This document shows positions 50,835 through 62,688 of a stretch of 64,000 nt of DNA, piece by piece. Source of the DNA: Prochlorococcus sp. AG-355-I04. Lineage in GTDB: Bacteria; Cyanobacteriota; Cyanobacteriia; PCC-6307; Cyanobiaceae. The notes under the pieces are model-generated. The model searched no databases, had not been told where the DNA came from, and worked only from the letters and a program-made list of their open reading frames with translations. Numbering within the stretch: position 1 is the stretch's first letter; each line of letters opens with the position of its first letter. Position numbers and translations under genes: made by a program. The stretch covers positions 37,190 to 101,189 of the forward strand of contig QCDL01000004.1 of the NCBI GenBank assembly GCA_003280915.1, read 5' to 3'.

Positions 50835-51836
50835 TTAACTTAAATTAATTAATTTATCTGTAAAAGTATTTATAGGATTATTACCTTGTTTTAGTAATGA
50901 TTCAATATCTAGTAAGTTACTCATTAAATTAATTAAATATTCTTGAGATACATTTTTGACTTTTTTTCGAATAAAAAAAATTCTTTTTGGATTAGAAATG
51001 CCTGCAAGATTACAAATCTTTTCTGCATTATCGTTACCTGAATTAACTGCTAGTTTTATAATGGTATGAATTCTTATTTGACTAATTAAACCTGCATTTA
51101 GTCTTAAAGCAGGTTCTCCTTTCTGTAAAGAATAATTTATTTCAATGAGGCTTTCATTAATATTTTTTTGTAAAAGAAGATCGATGATTTTGAAAATATT
51201 GGATTGATGATCACTAAATATTTTTTTTACATCAATACTTTTAAGAAAAAGTTGTGAATTCGAATCACTTGATACTGCAGAGAGGTATGTTTTTGCTTTG
51301 GCTAATTCATTTATTAGTTTAAAGCTGTCATTACCAACTGAATCAATAATTAATTCAGCTGCATTTTTATCAATTTTGATATTCATTTCATTTGCTGCAT
51401 CTTCTAAAAATCTTTTTTGTCCCTCATAGTCCCAGATTTCTGGTAAAGAAAATGATTTTTCTTTGGCTAAATTATTTTTGATAAGTTTTTGTAAAAATTT
51501 AGTACTCTTTAGTCTTGAGTCTGGTTTTTTTGTATTTTGCAAAATGAAATAAGTATTTTGAGGGATATTGTCATGAATTTTTTCAAATTTAGTTCTTAGA
51601 TCTTCATTTTTGGCAGTAAAAATGGGATTATTTTTCAATGTAACGATTCTGTATCCATCTCCAAAAGGAGGTGTAAGAACTTCATCAAAAGCTTTATTGA
51701 CTTGATCATCATCATCTCCATTTAAATTAGTTACGTTTATTTCTTTCCATTCTTTGGATACTTCCTTATCAATTAATTTTTGAATAAATGTATTTTGAGC
51801 ATTTAGATCATTACCCCATAATATTTGTATTGGCAT
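50835..51836 (-). CDS. holA: DNA polymerase III subunit delta
   Basis: LWGND start, TPPFGDG, KPDSRLK, VGND...NELAK, IFKIID; fits cyanobacterial HolA. Confidence 0.85.
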   Translation of the reverse strand: MPIQILWGNDLNAQNTFIQKLIDKEVSKEWKEINVTNLNGDDDDQVNKAFDEVLTPPFGDGYRIVTLKNNPIFTAKNEDLRTKFEKIHDNIPQNTYFILQNTKKPDSRLKSTKFLQKLIKNNLAKEKSFSLPEIWDYEGQKRFLEDAANEMNIKIDKNAAELIIDSVGNDSFKLINELAKAKTYLSAVSSDSNSQLFLKSIDVKKIFSDHQSNIFKIIDLLLQKNINESLIEINYSLQKGEPALRLNAGLISQIRIHTIIKLAVNSGNDNAEKICNLAGISNPKRIFFIRKKVKNVSQEYLINLMSNLLDIESLLKQGNNPINTFTDKLINLS

Positions 51837-51894
51837 AATCGCTCAATAAAAACCATATATTAACTATGATTACTTCTAACACAAATTAAATTTA

Positions 51895-52518
51895 ATGGTA
51901 ATGGATCATCCAATTTTTTTGGAAAGCATCAGATTCATAAGATCGCGTTTAGTAGCCAATGATTTAAATTATTTGGAAAAAAAAGTTTTAGAGAGATTAG
52001 TCCATACTTCAGGAGATTTCACAGTTCAAAATCTTGTAAATTTTAGTGAAGGTGCTTGTGAAAAGGGTCTTCAGGCACTTAAAAATGGGGCTCCTATTTT
52101 AACTGATACCGATATGGCAGCAGCAGCAATAAAATCCATGGCAAAAAATACCACTAGGAATAAAGTATTCACCGCTAGAATGTGGTTTGGAAAAAATAAT
52201 CATACAAACTTAACTAAAACTGCATATGGCTTAAGTGAAGGTTGGAAGGAGTTATCCGCTATAAATTCTGGAAGCAAATCTCCTATTGTAGTTATTGGCA
52301 GTTCACCTACTGCGTTAACTTATTTAATTGATATTTTAGAAAATGCAAAAGATTTACCTAGTTTAATTATCGGAATGCCTGTTGGATTTATTGGAGTAGA
52401 GAAAAGCAAAAACAAACTGATTTCCACCGATCTTCCTAGAATTGTTTTGAATTCAACTAGAGGAGGTGCTGCCATGGCAGCTGCTGCGGTTAACGCCTTA
52501 TTGAGGGAAACAATTTAA
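51895..52518 (+). CDS. cobH: Precorrin-8X methylmutase
   Basis: RLVHTSGD, ILTDTDM, VIGSSPTAL, GMPVGFIG, RGGAAMAAAAVNAL. Confidence 0.93.
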   Translation: MVMDHPIFLESIRFIRSRLVANDLNYLEKKVLERLVHTSGDFTVQNLVNFSEGACEKGLQALKNGAPILTDTDMAAAAIKSMAKNTTRNKVFTARMWFGKNNHTNLTKTAYGLSEGWKELSAINSGSKSPIVVIGSSPTALTYLIDILENAKDLPSLIIGMPVGFIGVEKSKNKLISTDLPRIVLNSTRGGAAMAAAAVNALLRETI

Positions 52519-52549
52519 AAAGTATTTATTTTATAAAAATGTCAAAAAT

Positions 52550-55291
52550 CTACTTAATATCATAATTTAATTTGTTGTTTTCTTCTAAAGAATTTAAAAC
52601 TGATTTTGCTTTTTCTATAACTTCTTTTGGAACTCCTGCCAATTTAGCTGCTTCTATGCCATAGCTTTTGTTTGATCCCCCTTTAACAATCCTGTGGCTA
52701 AAGATTAGCTGATCGTTATTTTGTTCTACTAAAACTTGAAAATTTTGTATATTCTTATTTGAATTTTTTAAATAATTCAGCTCGTGATAGTGGGTAGCAA
52801 AAATAGTATTACATTGAATTTTTTTTGCAAGATATTCACTTACTGACCAAGCTATTGAAAGTCCATCAAAAGTAGATGTCCCTCTTCCTATCTCATCAAG
52901 TAAAACTAGTGAGCTAGAAGTTGCCTGATTTAGAATTGATGCAGTTTCAGACATTTCTACCATAAATGTTGATTGTCCAGATGATTGATCATCAACTGCC
53001 CCAATTCTTGTGAAAATCCGATCTGCAATCTTGATTTCAGCATTATTAGCAGGAACAAAGCTACCAATTTGTGTGAGAATTTGTATTAAACCAAGTTGTC
53101 TTATAAAGCAACTTTTTCCGCTTGCATTGGGACCCGTTAATATAATTAATTTTTGATTATCCTCAAAAGAGATATCGTTTGCTACAAACTTTTTGTCACT
53201 TAACAATTGCTCTACAATTGGATTTCTTCCTGCAATAATTTTTGTACTATTTTTTGTCATTGAATCATTTATTGGTATTAATGAAGGTTTTATAAAATTG
53301 TTTTCTACTGCAGTAATTGATAAACCAAGTAGTGCATCTAGAGATGCTATGGATTTTGCGATTGATCTTATTTCTTTTGTTTTTTCAGCAACTATATTTC
53401 TTAATTCGCAGAAAATTTCATATTCTTTTGATGAAGCTCTACTTTTTATTTGGAAAATCTTATTTTCTTTATTTTTAATTTCTGAAGTGATATACCTTTC
53501 TTCATTAGTAAGTGTTTGCCTTTTGATCCAATGTTGCGGAGCTAAATTAACTTTTGACTTATTTATAGAAATGTAATAACCAAAATTTTTATGAAATTGA
53601 ATTTTTAAGTTTGAAATTTTGCTAATTTTCCTTTCTTTTAATTCCTCTTTATTTAGCCACTCAGAGTAATCATCCATTAAATTCCGTAAACCATCTAATA
53701 TATTGTCAACACCATCGTGGATCATGCCTCCTTCACTAATATTTAGAGGAGGATTTTCTACTAGTTTAAAATTTATAGTATCAGCTAATACTAAGAGTCC
53801 ATCATCAATATTTTTTAAGTGATCAGTCCAATCTGGTAGATCATATTTAAATAATTCAATTATGGATTTTAGTCTAGGCAATTTTTTTAAACCTTCAGCT
53901 ATTGCAATTAAGTCTCTGGGACTTGCATGACCTGCGCAAGCTCTTCCTGCAAGTCTTTCTAAATCCCCCATTGCTCTAAGTAAATTTTGGGTATCTGTAC
54001 GTAATTTTTTAGATTCAAGAAAGTTTGTAATTATATTTTGTCTTTTATAAATTTCATTAACGTTTAATAGTGGTGAATCTATCCACCTTCTTAAACACCT
54101 TGCACCCATGCAAGTATAAGTTCTATCAATACTCCATAGTAGCGAACCTACATAATTGTTTTCTCGTTGTGTATTTTTGATTTCTAAGTTTTTTTGAGTT
54201 TGATAATCAATAATTAATTTGTTGTGACCATATTGTATTTGTGGAAAGTCTAATGAGATTTTTAAAGAAGAATCTTTATCTAAATTTGAAGGATTAATTT
54301 TTTCTAAATAATTTAATAAACCTCCAAGTGATCTAGTTGCATTGTTTAAATTTTTAAGTCCTATTCCCTCTAGGTTTGCAATTTGGAAATAATTTTTTAT
54401 TAGATAATTTGCTTCATTAATTCCAAAATTAGTCTCTTGAGAAACAGTATATGTAATTTGACTATTTCCTTTAATTAATAAATTTCTTACTGCATTGTTT
54501 CCTACAATGATTTCTGAAGAATCTAATTTAATAATTTCATCAAATAGTTTTGACAGAGATTGGCCTTCTAAGGTTATTAATTCTCCTGTGCTTACATCAG
54601 CTTTTGATATACCCCATTCATAAGATTCATCTGAGTTTTCTTCTGATAAGTAAATAGCAGTAATCCAATTATTTTTCTTTGCTATCAACATCCCCTCCTC
54701 AATTACAGTTCCAGGAGTAATTATTCTTGTTATTCCTCTTTTAATTGGAGTCCCATAATTTCCAGAACTTTTTTCTAATTGATCGCAAATGACTACAGAA
54801 TAATTTTTTTTTATTAAATCAGCACAGTATCTCTCCATTGCATGATGGGGAACCCCTGCCATAGGGATCTTACCAATCTCTTTGCCAGCATCTTTACTGG
54901 TAAGCGTTATTTCTAAAAGGTTAGATATTAATACAGCGTCCTCAAAAAAACATTCAAAAAAATCTCCTAATCTATAAAGTAATAACCTATCTTTATTTTC
55001 TTCTTTTAGAGTTACATAATGCTTCATTACAGGAGTTAATTTCAGTTTTGAAACTGTTTTATAGCTATAAGATTCTTCATTGATGCAACCATTTTTGGTA
55101 TTTGAAATTAAATCAGTCTTGAATTTATTTATTAAATTAGTTGAATTTTTTCTTTGTCTGGGTCTTTTTTGCGATTCTTTTTTTAAATCTTCCAAAGATA
55201 AATCTTCTGGAATTTTTGTTATTTCTTTTTGTTCATTATTATCATTACCAATCGCAAATAAATTCTTTTGAATTATCGTATCTTCTTGCAT
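52550..55291 (-). CDS. mutS: DNA mismatch repair protein MutS
   Basis: [52 protein letters not shown]. Confidence 0.97.
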   Translation of the reverse strand: MQEDTIIQKNLFAIGNDNNEQKEITKIPEDLSLEDLKKESQKRPRQRKNSTNLINKFKTDLISNTKNGCINEESYSYKTVSKLKLTPVMKHYVTLKEENKDRLLLYRLGDFFECFFEDAVLISNLLEITLTSKDAGKEIGKIPMAGVPHHAMERYCADLIKKNYSVVICDQLEKSSGNYGTPIKRGITRIITPGTVIEEGMLIAKKNNWITAIYLSEENSDESYEWGISKADVSTGELITLEGQSLSKLFDEIIKLDSSEIIVGNNAVRNLLIKGNSQITYTVSQETNFGINEANYLIKNYFQIANLEGIGLKNLNNATRSLGGLLNYLEKINPSNLDKDSSLKISLDFPQIQYGHNKLIIDYQTQKNLEIKNTQRENNYVGSLLWSIDRTYTCMGARCLRRWIDSPLLNVNEIYKRQNIITNFLESKKLRTDTQNLLRAMGDLERLAGRACAGHASPRDLIAIAEGLKKLPRLKSIIELFKYDLPDWTDHLKNIDDGLLVLADTINFKLVENPPLNISEGGMIHDGVDNILDGLRNLMDDYSEWLNKEELKERKISKISNLKIQFHKNFGYYISINKSKVNLAPQHWIKRQTLTNEERYITSEIKNKENKIFQIKSRASSKEYEIFCELRNIVAEKTKEIRSIAKSIASLDALLGLSITAVENNFIKPSLIPINDSMTKNSTKIIAGRNPIVEQLLSDKKFVANDISFEDNQKLIILTGPNASGKSCFIRQLGLIQILTQIGSFVPANNAEIKIADRIFTRIGAVDDQSSGQSTFMVEMSETASILNQATSSSLVLLDEIGRGTSTFDGLSIAWSVSEYLAKKIQCNTIFATHYHELNYLKNSNKNIQNFQVLVEQNNDQLIFSHRIVKGGSNKSYGIEAAKLAGVPKEVIEKAKSVLNSLEENNKLNYDIK

Positions 55292-55431
55292 ACTTTTTTA
55301 ATTCCTAAATAGATATTAGGTAGAAATTTTTTTTTTGCATTTAAAGTGGCTAAAGTATGTAAATTTTCTCTAAAAATTATCATTTTCATGAGATTATAGT
55401 ACTTATAATATTCGAAACCTTAGACTGAATT

Positions 55432-55629
55432 ATGCAGGCTGTTAACTTTTTCTTCGTAAATGCTCTATTATTTGCTTCATTAATTGCGGTAGTTGGAGTA
55501 CCCGTTTTATATGTGACTCAACCTTCTACTGAAGAAGGACAGCGAGAAAGTAGGAGAAAAATTTATTCTATTGCTGCTGTTTGGGTTGTTTTGGTTTTTG
55601 TTACAGGGATAGTTTCTTCATTAGTTTGA
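55432..55629 (+). CDS. psbZ: Photosystem II reaction centre protein Z
   Basis: 65 aa with two TM helices, VVGVPVLY; psbZ-ribH order is typical of cyanobacteria. Confidence 0.88.
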   Translation: MQAVNFFFVNALLFASLIAVVGVPVLYVTQPSTEEGQRESRRKIYSIAAVWVVLVFVTGIVSSLV

Positions 55630-55678
55630 ACTTAATACCTTTTCGTGAGAGTCTATTAATATATCTAATTAAAATTTA

Positions 55679-56155
55679 ATGGCTATTTTTGAGGGTTCTT
55701 TTACTAATGCCTCTACTTTAAAAGTTGGGATTGTAATAGCAAGATTTAATGATTTAATTACAAATAAAATTCTATCTGGTTGTCTTGATTGTTTAAAAAG
55801 ACATGGTTTAGATACTTCAGAATTAAGCAATCAAGTAGATATAGTTTGGGTTCCAGGTTCATTCGAATTACCAATCGCAGCTAAAACCCTCATGAAAAAA
55901 AAGAGTTATGACGTTGTAATTGCTCTTGGGGCTGTGATCCGTGGTGAAACTTCCCACTATGATGTAGTTATATCTGAGGCGAGTAAAGGTATTTCGCAAG
56001 TTTCCAATGAAAATAATGTTCCAATTATTTTTGGAGTTTTAACTACTGATACTATGCAGCAGGCTTTAGAAAGAGCAGGGATTAAAAATAATCTTGGTTG
56101 GAATTATGCTTTACAAGCAATTGAGATGGGATCCTTAATTAAAAATTTAAATTAA
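55679..56155 (+). CDS. ribH: 6,7-dimethyl-8-ribityllumazine synthase
   Basis: [40 protein letters not shown]. Confidence 0.97.
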   Translation: MAIFEGSFTNASTLKVGIVIARFNDLITNKILSGCLDCLKRHGLDTSELSNQVDIVWVPGSFELPIAAKTLMKKKSYDVVIALGAVIRGETSHYDVVISEASKGISQVSNENNVPIIFGVLTTDTMQQALERAGIKNNLGWNYALQAIEMGSLIKNLN

Positions 56156-56217
56156 TTGAAAAAAATTTAATTATTTTTATCATTGATCCCTTCTTTGAGA
56201 TAAAATAAAAAAGTTAT

Positions 56218-56289
56218 GCGGATGTAGCTCAGTGGTAGAGCATCTCCTTGCCAAGGAGAATGTCGAGAGTTCGAATCTCTTCATCCGCT
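56218..56289 (+). tRNA. tRNA-Gly(GCC)
   Basis: Acceptor GCGGATG/CATCCGC, D-arm GCTC/GAGC, anticodon arm TCTCC-TTGCCAA-GGAGA, T-arm GAGAG-TTCGAAT-CTCTT. Confidence 0.97.
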
Positions 56290-56334
56290 TTTAATGCTTG
56301 TATCCCTTAAAGTATTTGTAATATTCATTTTGTA

Positions 56335-56766
56335 ATGACAAGAGTAATTTCTATTGAGGATTTAAAGGGATTATTTACTAAACCTTATGGTACAGATGCA
56401 CCAACTAAACAAAAATGGGCTGAGTTTTATAATGAAAATGTTATTTTTGTAGACCCAACGCAGGAAACAGAAGGCTTAGATTCTTATATTAAAGCTCAAG
56501 AAAAGCTAGTTAAAAGATGTGATGATGTTTTTTTAGAAACTCATGCGATTTCTATAACTGGAAATTGTGGATTCGTTGAATGGACAATGGGCTTAAAAAT
56601 TATGGGTAAAGAATTTATTTATCCTGGAACTACTCGTTTATTATTTGGCGAAAATGGATTAATAAAAGAGCATAGAGATTACTTTGATTTTTGCGGTCCA
56701 ACTTTTGGACCAGTTCCTATTTTAGGACCTTTTATAAAATGGCTTTATAGTAAATTTGTTTCTTGA
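56335..56766 (+). CDS. SnoaL-like / NTF2-family protein
   Basis: FYNENVIFVDP, FVEWTM, GLIKEHRDYFD pattern. Confidence 0.82.
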   Translation: MTRVISIEDLKGLFTKPYGTDAPTKQKWAEFYNENVIFVDPTQETEGLDSYIKAQEKLVKRCDDVFLETHAISITGNCGFVEWTMGLKIMGKEFIYPGTTRLLFGENGLIKEHRDYFDFCGPTFGPVPILGPFIKWLYSKFVS

Positions 56767-56789
56767 TACAACTTCCATAGAAAAGAACT

Positions 56790-57245
56790 TTATATTTCAC
56801 GAATTAATAAATTTTGAGAAGTAACTTCTTTAAAGTCAAATTGAGAATAAAACAATTTTTTATTTGTTGTCATTAAATATAATTTTTTTGTATTTTTAAT
56901 TTTTTTAGAAGATAAAAGATTTTTTACAATTAATGTGCCAAAACCTTTACCTTGGTGATTTTGATCTATAACAATATCCCAAAGCACTCCACGGTAAATC
57001 CCATCTGTTAAAGCTCTACCAAAACCAACTATTTCCTTACCAACCCAAAGACTTATTACGACATCACTGTTAGCCAGACATTGTTTTAAATCATTAGTTG
57101 TTCTATTTTTCGCCCAGAAAGCATTGGTATCTAGTAATTTTTGTAGTTTAATTAGTCCATTCATAGGTTTAAGATTTGGACCTAATCCAAAAAACCTTAA
57201 CCCTAAAGCTCCTTTGCCATGTTTGATTAGAGATATTTCTTTCAT
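56790..57245 (-). CDS. GNAT-family N-acetyltransferase
   Basis: VGFGRALTD, LWDIVIDQNHQGKGFG (acetyl-CoA motif A), LYLMT, FYSQFDF. Confidence 0.88.
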   Translation of the reverse strand: MKEISLIKHGKGALGLRFFGLGPNLKPMNGLIKLQKLLDTNAFWAKNRTTNDLKQCLANSDVVISLWVGKEIVGFGRALTDGIYRGVLWDIVIDQNHQGKGFGTLIVKNLLSSKKIKNTKKLYLMTTNKKLFYSQFDFKEVTSQNLLIREI

Positions 57246-57417
57246 TTATTAAAAAGATTTTTGAAAAGTGATGTCAGATAGGTTTTTTTGTGATTTCAAT
57301 CTAATACCTTAATCGATCGTTTCTATAAAATAAAGAGATAATAGTTTTCTTCATTCTGTTGTAACGCACTAATTTATAATGTTTGTAATAAGATAAATTT
57401 TTGAAGGACTTTGACTT

Positions 57418-60249
57418 ATGCTAAAACTTTTGTTGGGAGATCCGAATACACGAAAGTTAAAGCGCTATCAACCAATAGTTGAAGAGATAAATTTTTTAGA
57501 AGAAGAAATTTCTCAATTGACTGATGATGAGCTTAGAAAAGAAACTCAATATCTTAAATCAAAGATTTCATCAGAATTAGATTTTAAAAAACAAAAAGAA
57601 CTATTAGAAGAATTTCTTCCTAAAGCCTTTGCAATTGTAAGAGAAGCAAGTAAACGTGTTCTCGATATGAGGCATTTTGATGTTCAGTTAATAGGCGGGA
57701 TGGTTTTGAATGAGTGCCAAATTGCTGAGATGAAGACTGGAGAGGGAAAAACTCTTGTCGCAACATTACCATGTTATTTAAATGCTCTTACTGGAAACGG
57801 CGTCCATGTTGTAACTGTAAATGATTATTTAGCTAGAAGAGATGCAGAGTGGATGGGACAAGTTCATCGTTTTTTAGGTTTATCCGTTGGTTTGATTCAG
57901 CAAGATATGAATCCAGTTGAAAGGAAGAAAAATTATGATTGTGATATAACTTATGCCACAAATTCAGAATTGGGATTTGATTATTTAAGAGATAATATGG
58001 CTACCGATATTAATGAGGTAGTTCAAAGAAAATTTAATTACTGCGTAATTGATGAGGTTGATTCAATATTAATTGATGAAGCAAGAACTCCTCTAATCAT
58101 TTCTGGCCAAGTTGAAAGACCACAAGAAAAATATCAAAAAGCTGCAGAATTATCTTTTGCATTAGTCAAAGCAAAAGAATTAAGTAAAGATGGCATTGAT
58201 CCTGAAGGGGATTACGAAGTTGATGAAAAACAGAGAAGTTGTATATTAACTGATCAAGGTTTTGCAAAATGTGAAGAGTATTTGGGAGTTAATGATTTAT
58301 ATAATCCTCAAGATCCTTGGGCGCACTACATAACTAACGCTTTAAAAGCTAAGGAATTATTTATTAAAGATGTAAATTATATTATTAAGAACGATGAGGC
58401 CGTCATAGTGGACGAATTTACTGGTAGGGTAATGCCTGGAAGACGTTGGAGTGATGGACAACATCAGGCAATAGAAGCAAAAGAGAGTCTTAAAATTCAG
58501 CCTGAGACTCAAACATTAGCATCTATAACTTATCAGAATTTTTTCCTTTTATATCCTGGTTTAGCAGGAATGACGGGAACTGCAAAAACTGAGGAGGTTG
58601 AATTTGAAAAAACTTATAAATTAGAATCAACAGTCATACCTACAAATCAAACAAGAAAGAGGCAAGATTGGTCTGATCAAGTATTTAAGACAGAGATTGG
58701 TAAATGGAAAGCAGTTGCTAAAGAAACGGCGCAAATTCATAGAGAAGGTAGACCTGTTTTAGTTGGCACGACAAGTGTTGAAAAAAGTGAATTATTAAGT
58801 TCACTTTTATCTGAAGAAAAAATCCCACATAATTTGTTAAATGCTAAGCCAGAGAACGTTGAACGTGAGGCAGAAATTGTTGCTCAGGCAGGAAGAGCAG
58901 GTGCTGTTACTATTGCGACTAATATGGCTGGAAGGGGAACAGATATAATTCTTGGCGGTAATAGTGACTATATGGCAAGGCTTAAATTAAAAGAAATTCT
59001 AATTCCTTTGTTAGTCAAGCCTGATAATGAGCATAAGCCGCCAATCCCTAAACAAAGAAGTTCAAAATCTAAGGGTGGTTTTTCTGCAAAAGCTGGTTCA
59101 AATTTGAAAAAGACCATTTTAAATTCTTCAACAAGTCTTTTCCCTTGCAAATTAGATGAAGTAATTGAAAAGAAACTCTCTTTTTTAACTGATGAACTTG
59201 TTAAAGGTTGGGGAGATAGGCAACTTTCTGTCTTAGAACTTGATGACAGAATAGCTACAGCTGCAGAAAAAGCACCAACTGATGATGACTTGATAAAGCT
59301 TTTGAGAGAATCTTTGTCTGATGTAAAAAAAGAATATGACAAAGTTTTGATCCACGAAGAAGAAAAAGTAAGAGAAGCTGGAGGTTTACATGTCATTGGT
59401 ACTGAGAGACATGAATCAAGAAGAGTGGATAATCAACTTAGAGGAAGAGCAGGAAGACAAGGTGATCTTGGAAGTACAAGATTCTTTTTATCTCTAGATG
59501 ATAATTTATTAAGGATTTTTGGAGGTGATAGAGTAGCAAATCTAATGAATGCTTTTAGGGTTGATGAAGATATGCCTATTGAGTCAGGAATGCTTACTAG
59601 GTCTCTAGAAAGTGCTCAAAAGAAAGTTGAAACTTATTATTACGATATTAGAAAACAAGTTTTTGAATACGACGAGGTGATGAACAATCAAAGAAAAGCA
59701 GTTTATGGCGAAAGACTAAGAGTATTGAAAGGAATTGATTTAAAGAGACAAGTAATAGGATATGGAGAAAGAACAATGATTGAAATTGTAGATGCTTATA
59801 TTAATCCTGATCTTCCTCCTGAAGAATGGAATATTGATCAATTAATTTCTAAAGTTAAAGAATTTATATATTTATTAGATGATCTAAAATCTGATGATAT
59901 AAATTTACTGTCAATAGAAGAATTAAAAAACTATCTTCAAGAGCAGTTGCGAATAGCTTATGATTTAAAAGAATCACAAATAGAAAAGATTCGTCCAGGA
60001 TTAATGAGAGAAGCTGAAAGATTTTTCATTTTGCAGCAAATCGATAATTTATGGCGAGAACATCTTCAATCTATGGATTCCCTGAGAGAATCAGTCGGAT
60101 TGAGAGGTTATGGTCAAAAAGATCCATTAATCGAATATAAAAACGAAGGATATGACATGTTTCTCGAAATGATGACTAATATGAGACGAAATGTTATTTA
60201 TTCAATGTTTATGTTTCAACCTAAAACTGACGTTAATGAAAAGAATTAA
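57418..60249 (+). CDS. secA: Preprotein translocase subunit SecA
   Basis: [58 protein letters not shown]. Confidence 0.98.
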   Translation: MLKLLLGDPNTRKLKRYQPIVEEINFLEEEISQLTDDELRKETQYLKSKISSELDFKKQKELLEEFLPKAFAIVREASKRVLDMRHFDVQLIGGMVLNECQIAEMKTGEGKTLVATLPCYLNALTGNGVHVVTVNDYLARRDAEWMGQVHRFLGLSVGLIQQDMNPVERKKNYDCDITYATNSELGFDYLRDNMATDINEVVQRKFNYCVIDEVDSILIDEARTPLIISGQVERPQEKYQKAAELSFALVKAKELSKDGIDPEGDYEVDEKQRSCILTDQGFAKCEEYLGVNDLYNPQDPWAHYITNALKAKELFIKDVNYIIKNDEAVIVDEFTGRVMPGRRWSDGQHQAIEAKESLKIQPETQTLASITYQNFFLLYPGLAGMTGTAKTEEVEFEKTYKLESTVIPTNQTRKRQDWSDQVFKTEIGKWKAVAKETAQIHREGRPVLVGTTSVEKSELLSSLLSEEKIPHNLLNAKPENVEREAEIVAQAGRAGAVTIATNMAGRGTDIILGGNSDYMARLKLKEILIPLLVKPDNEHKPPIPKQRSSKSKGGFSAKAGSNLKKTILNSSTSLFPCKLDEVIEKKLSFLTDELVKGWGDRQLSVLELDDRIATAAEKAPTDDDLIKLLRESLSDVKKEYDKVLIHEEEKVREAGGLHVIGTERHESRRVDNQLRGRAGRQGDLGSTRFFLSLDDNLLRIFGGDRVANLMNAFRVDEDMPIESGMLTRSLESAQKKVETYYYDIRKQVFEYDEVMNNQRKAVYGERLRVLKGIDLKRQVIGYGERTMIEIVDAYINPDLPPEEWNIDQLISKVKEFIYLLDDLKSDDINLLSIEELKNYLQEQLRIAYDLKESQIEKIRPGLMREAERFFILQQIDNLWREHLQSMDSLRESVGLRGYGQKDPLIEYKNEGYDMFLEMMTNMRRNVIYSMFMFQPKTDVNEKN

Positions 60250-60257
60250 ATCAATAT

Positions 60258-60995
60258 TTAATCGTCTCCAAGAAATTCAAAAATTTCTTTATCTTTAAGA
60301 TTTTGAGAATCACCGAGTTTAGAAATATCAATAGATTCTGAGCTGGCTATACATTGAAGAGTTTTTTGTAATTTAAGAATTTCATTTTCAAGAGAGTCTA
60401 TCCTATCCATTAAATTTTTTATTACATTAGCTTCTGCATCTGGTAAGGCAGAGTGAGCTAAAGGATTTACTTTGACACCGCTTTGATGCACTACCCTGCC
60501 AGGAACTCCGACCACAGTACTGTTTCCCTCTACATTTCGAACAACTACTGAACCAGCACCAATACGGGTATTAGATCCTACTGTTATGGATCCAAGAACT
60601 TTTGCGCCTGCTCCGACTACAACATTTTCCATTAAGGTTGGATGTCTTTTGCCATGGCTTTTACCAGTACCTCCTAATGTCACTCCTTGATAAAGCAAAC
60701 AATTATTTCCTATCTCAGCTGTTTCACCAATTACAACGCCCATTCCATGATCTATAAAAACCTTTTTCCCAATTTTTGCTCCTGGATGGATTTCAATACC
60801 CGTTGCTAACCTATTAATATGACTGAGTAAGCGGGGAATCAAAGGAATCTTTAATTGCCATAATTTATGAGTAAACCTGTGAATTACTATTGATTGAAAG
60901 CCAGGGTAGCAAAGAAATATCTCTATTATTCCTCTTGCAGCAGGATCTCTCTCCTTAATAATTTCTATATCTGATTTAAAAGTTTTCAACACCAT
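60258..60995 (-). CDS. cysE: Serine O-acetyltransferase
   Basis: RDPAA, YPG, GIEIHPGA, FIDHGMGVVIGET, KRHPT, hexapeptide repeats. Confidence 0.96.
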   Translation of the reverse strand: MVLKTFKSDIEIIKERDPAARGIIEIFLCYPGFQSIVIHRFTHKLWQLKIPLIPRLLSHINRLATGIEIHPGAKIGKKVFIDHGMGVVIGETAEIGNNCLLYQGVTLGGTGKSHGKRHPTLMENVVVGAGAKVLGSITVGSNTRIGAGSVVVRNVEGNSTVVGVPGRVVHQSGVKVNPLAHSALPDAEANVIKNLMDRIDSLENEILKLQKTLQCIASSESIDISKLGDSQNLKDKEIFEFLGDD

Positions 60996-60998
60996 GGC

Positions 60999-61985
60999 CT
61001 AATTAATAACTCCAATTTCTTTTTTTAATTGATTTATTGTTTCGACACTTAAATAATTTTTAGCACATATTATTTGAGGTAATCTCAGCAATTGAGAACG
61101 ATTCTTTAATAATGTGTTTTCTACAACTGTTAAACTAGGTCCATCACACACAATGTGGTTCGAAGCTTTTAAAAGGGATAGTAATCTATTGTTATTGTCT
61201 GAGATTGCAGTCATAAGCATTAATTCACTGCCTCGCATGCTGTGTATAATTACCTCTGCTGCTCTTAATAAACCAGGACTTATACTAACTATACCTACAC
61301 AACTTCCAGCATTTAATTCTTTGAGGATTTTCAATTCCTTTTGAAAATCGCTCAAGTCAACTGCAATAGCCCTCACTCCATGTTGCTTGGCAACTTTTTC
61401 TAAAGGCTGTAAAAAATATCTGCTAGTGACAATAGTACCACTATTTGAATTACTCAAAACTTTTTCTAATTCTTCCATAGGAACAACTTCTACTGGTACA
61501 TTAACTGCTGGAGAAAGGTCTTCTGCTATTAACATAGAAGCGCCAATATCTTCTCTAGGAGTACTGACTATTATTTTTGATCCGCACTTTATACGCCAAT
61601 CAATTTCATTGGTTAGTAAAACTCTCGTCTCTTGTAGAGAGCATCCAAGATTTATCAATTTGTCAATAACCTTCTTCGCTTCTTGATCAGGCGATTTACT
61701 TATTTTATCTTTTGAGTAAACTGATTTTTTAAAATCTTTTTTAGTAAGATTATCTCTTACATAAATACCTGATCCAGCTATTGCTTCAACAACCCCATCA
61801 ATTTCTAGCTGTCTATAAACTTTGCTTATTGTATTCCGATGGAGTCCAGTCTGCATTGCAAGTTGCCTTGTACTGGGAAGTCTGTGCCCTGGAGGATAAT
61901 GTCTTGCTGCAATTGCAAAACAAATTTGATTATATAGTTGAGTAGACGCTGGGATATCACTTTCTTGTTGAATGTGGAATCTCAC
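60999..61985 (-). CDS. plmA: GntR-family transcriptional regulator, cyanobacterial PlmA subfamily
   Basis: N-terminal wHTH (RLPSTRQLA...HRNTISKVYRQLE...GSGIYV) with a PlmA-type C-terminal domain. Confidence 0.8.
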   Translation of the reverse strand: MRFHIQQESDIPASTQLYNQICFAIAARHYPPGHRLPSTRQLAMQTGLHRNTISKVYRQLEIDGVVEAIAGSGIYVRDNLTKKDFKKSVYSKDKISKSPDQEAKKVIDKLINLGCSLQETRVLLTNEIDWRIKCGSKIIVSTPREDIGASMLIAEDLSPAVNVPVEVVPMEELEKVLSNSNSGTIVTSRYFLQPLEKVAKQHGVRAIAVDLSDFQKELKILKELNAGSCVGIVSISPGLLRAAEVIIHSMRGSELMLMTAISDNNNRLLSLLKASNHIVCDGPSLTVVENTLLKNRSQLLRLPQIICAKNYLSVETINQLKKEIGVIN

Positions 61986-62062
61986 TTTCTAAAAACCCTG
62001 ACTAATTAATTTTTGGCCATAGTGACACTTTAACATTCGTTATATTTTTTGATACAAATTTT

Positions 62063-62635
62063 TCATCCATCATCTTTCTTAATGAGAGGAGTTTTTCGAG
62101 GGCTTAAAAACATAATCATATTTCTCCCTTCTCTTTTTGGTTTTTGTTGAACTTCTGATTGCTCCTCTAAATCATTAGCCATCTTCAAAAGAAGAGTTTC
62201 AGCTAAATTTGAGTGTTGAATTTCTCTGCCCCTAAAAATTACAGTACACTTTACTTTGTCTCCAGACTTCAAAAATTTAGAAGCTTGACCTATGCGGACA
62301 TCATAATCATGCGTGTCAATTTTGTACCTCATTTTTACTTCTTTAACTTCTGTTTGATGGGATTTTTTTCTTGCTTCTTTAGCTTTCTTTTCTTGTTCAA
62401 ATTTATATTTTCCGTAATCCATTATTCTGCAAACAGGAGGATTTGCTTTTTCGCTTACCAAAACTAAATCAAGTTCTCTTTGAGAAGCTATTTCTAATGC
62501 TTTTGATCTATCTATGACACCTAATTGTTTTCCATCTGAATCAACAACTCTCAGTTGAGGGTACTTTATCCTTTCATTTATATTTGGTAGCTCTCTATCG
62601 GGAGCTCGGCGGTCAAAGCGTGGGCGTGGGGGCAT
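62063..62635 (-). CDS. infC: Translation initiation factor IF-3
   Basis: [35 protein letters not shown]. Confidence 0.97.
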   Translation of the reverse strand: MPPRPRFDRRAPDRELPNINERIKYPQLRVVDSDGKQLGVIDRSKALEIASQRELDLVLVSEKANPPVCRIMDYGKYKFEQEKKAKEARKKSHQTEVKEVKMRYKIDTHDYDVRIGQASKFLKSGDKVKCTVIFRGREIQHSNLAETLLLKMANDLEEQSEVQQKPKREGRNMIMFLSPRKTPLIKKDDG

Positions 62636-62688
62636 TCAGTTAATTTAATAATTTGATGGGATGATGAACAAGATCTATTTTTATTAAG

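Noticed and set aside
58960-59360. Large insertion in the SecA helicase region
   Set aside because: This is a known cyanobacterial/plastid SecA feature, not a novelty.
62063-62640. infC starts with ATG, not the autoregulatory ATT, and is detached from rpmI-rplT
   Set aside because: An in-frame TGA lies immediately upstream, so ATG is the start; separation from rpmI-rplT is usual in cyanobacteria.
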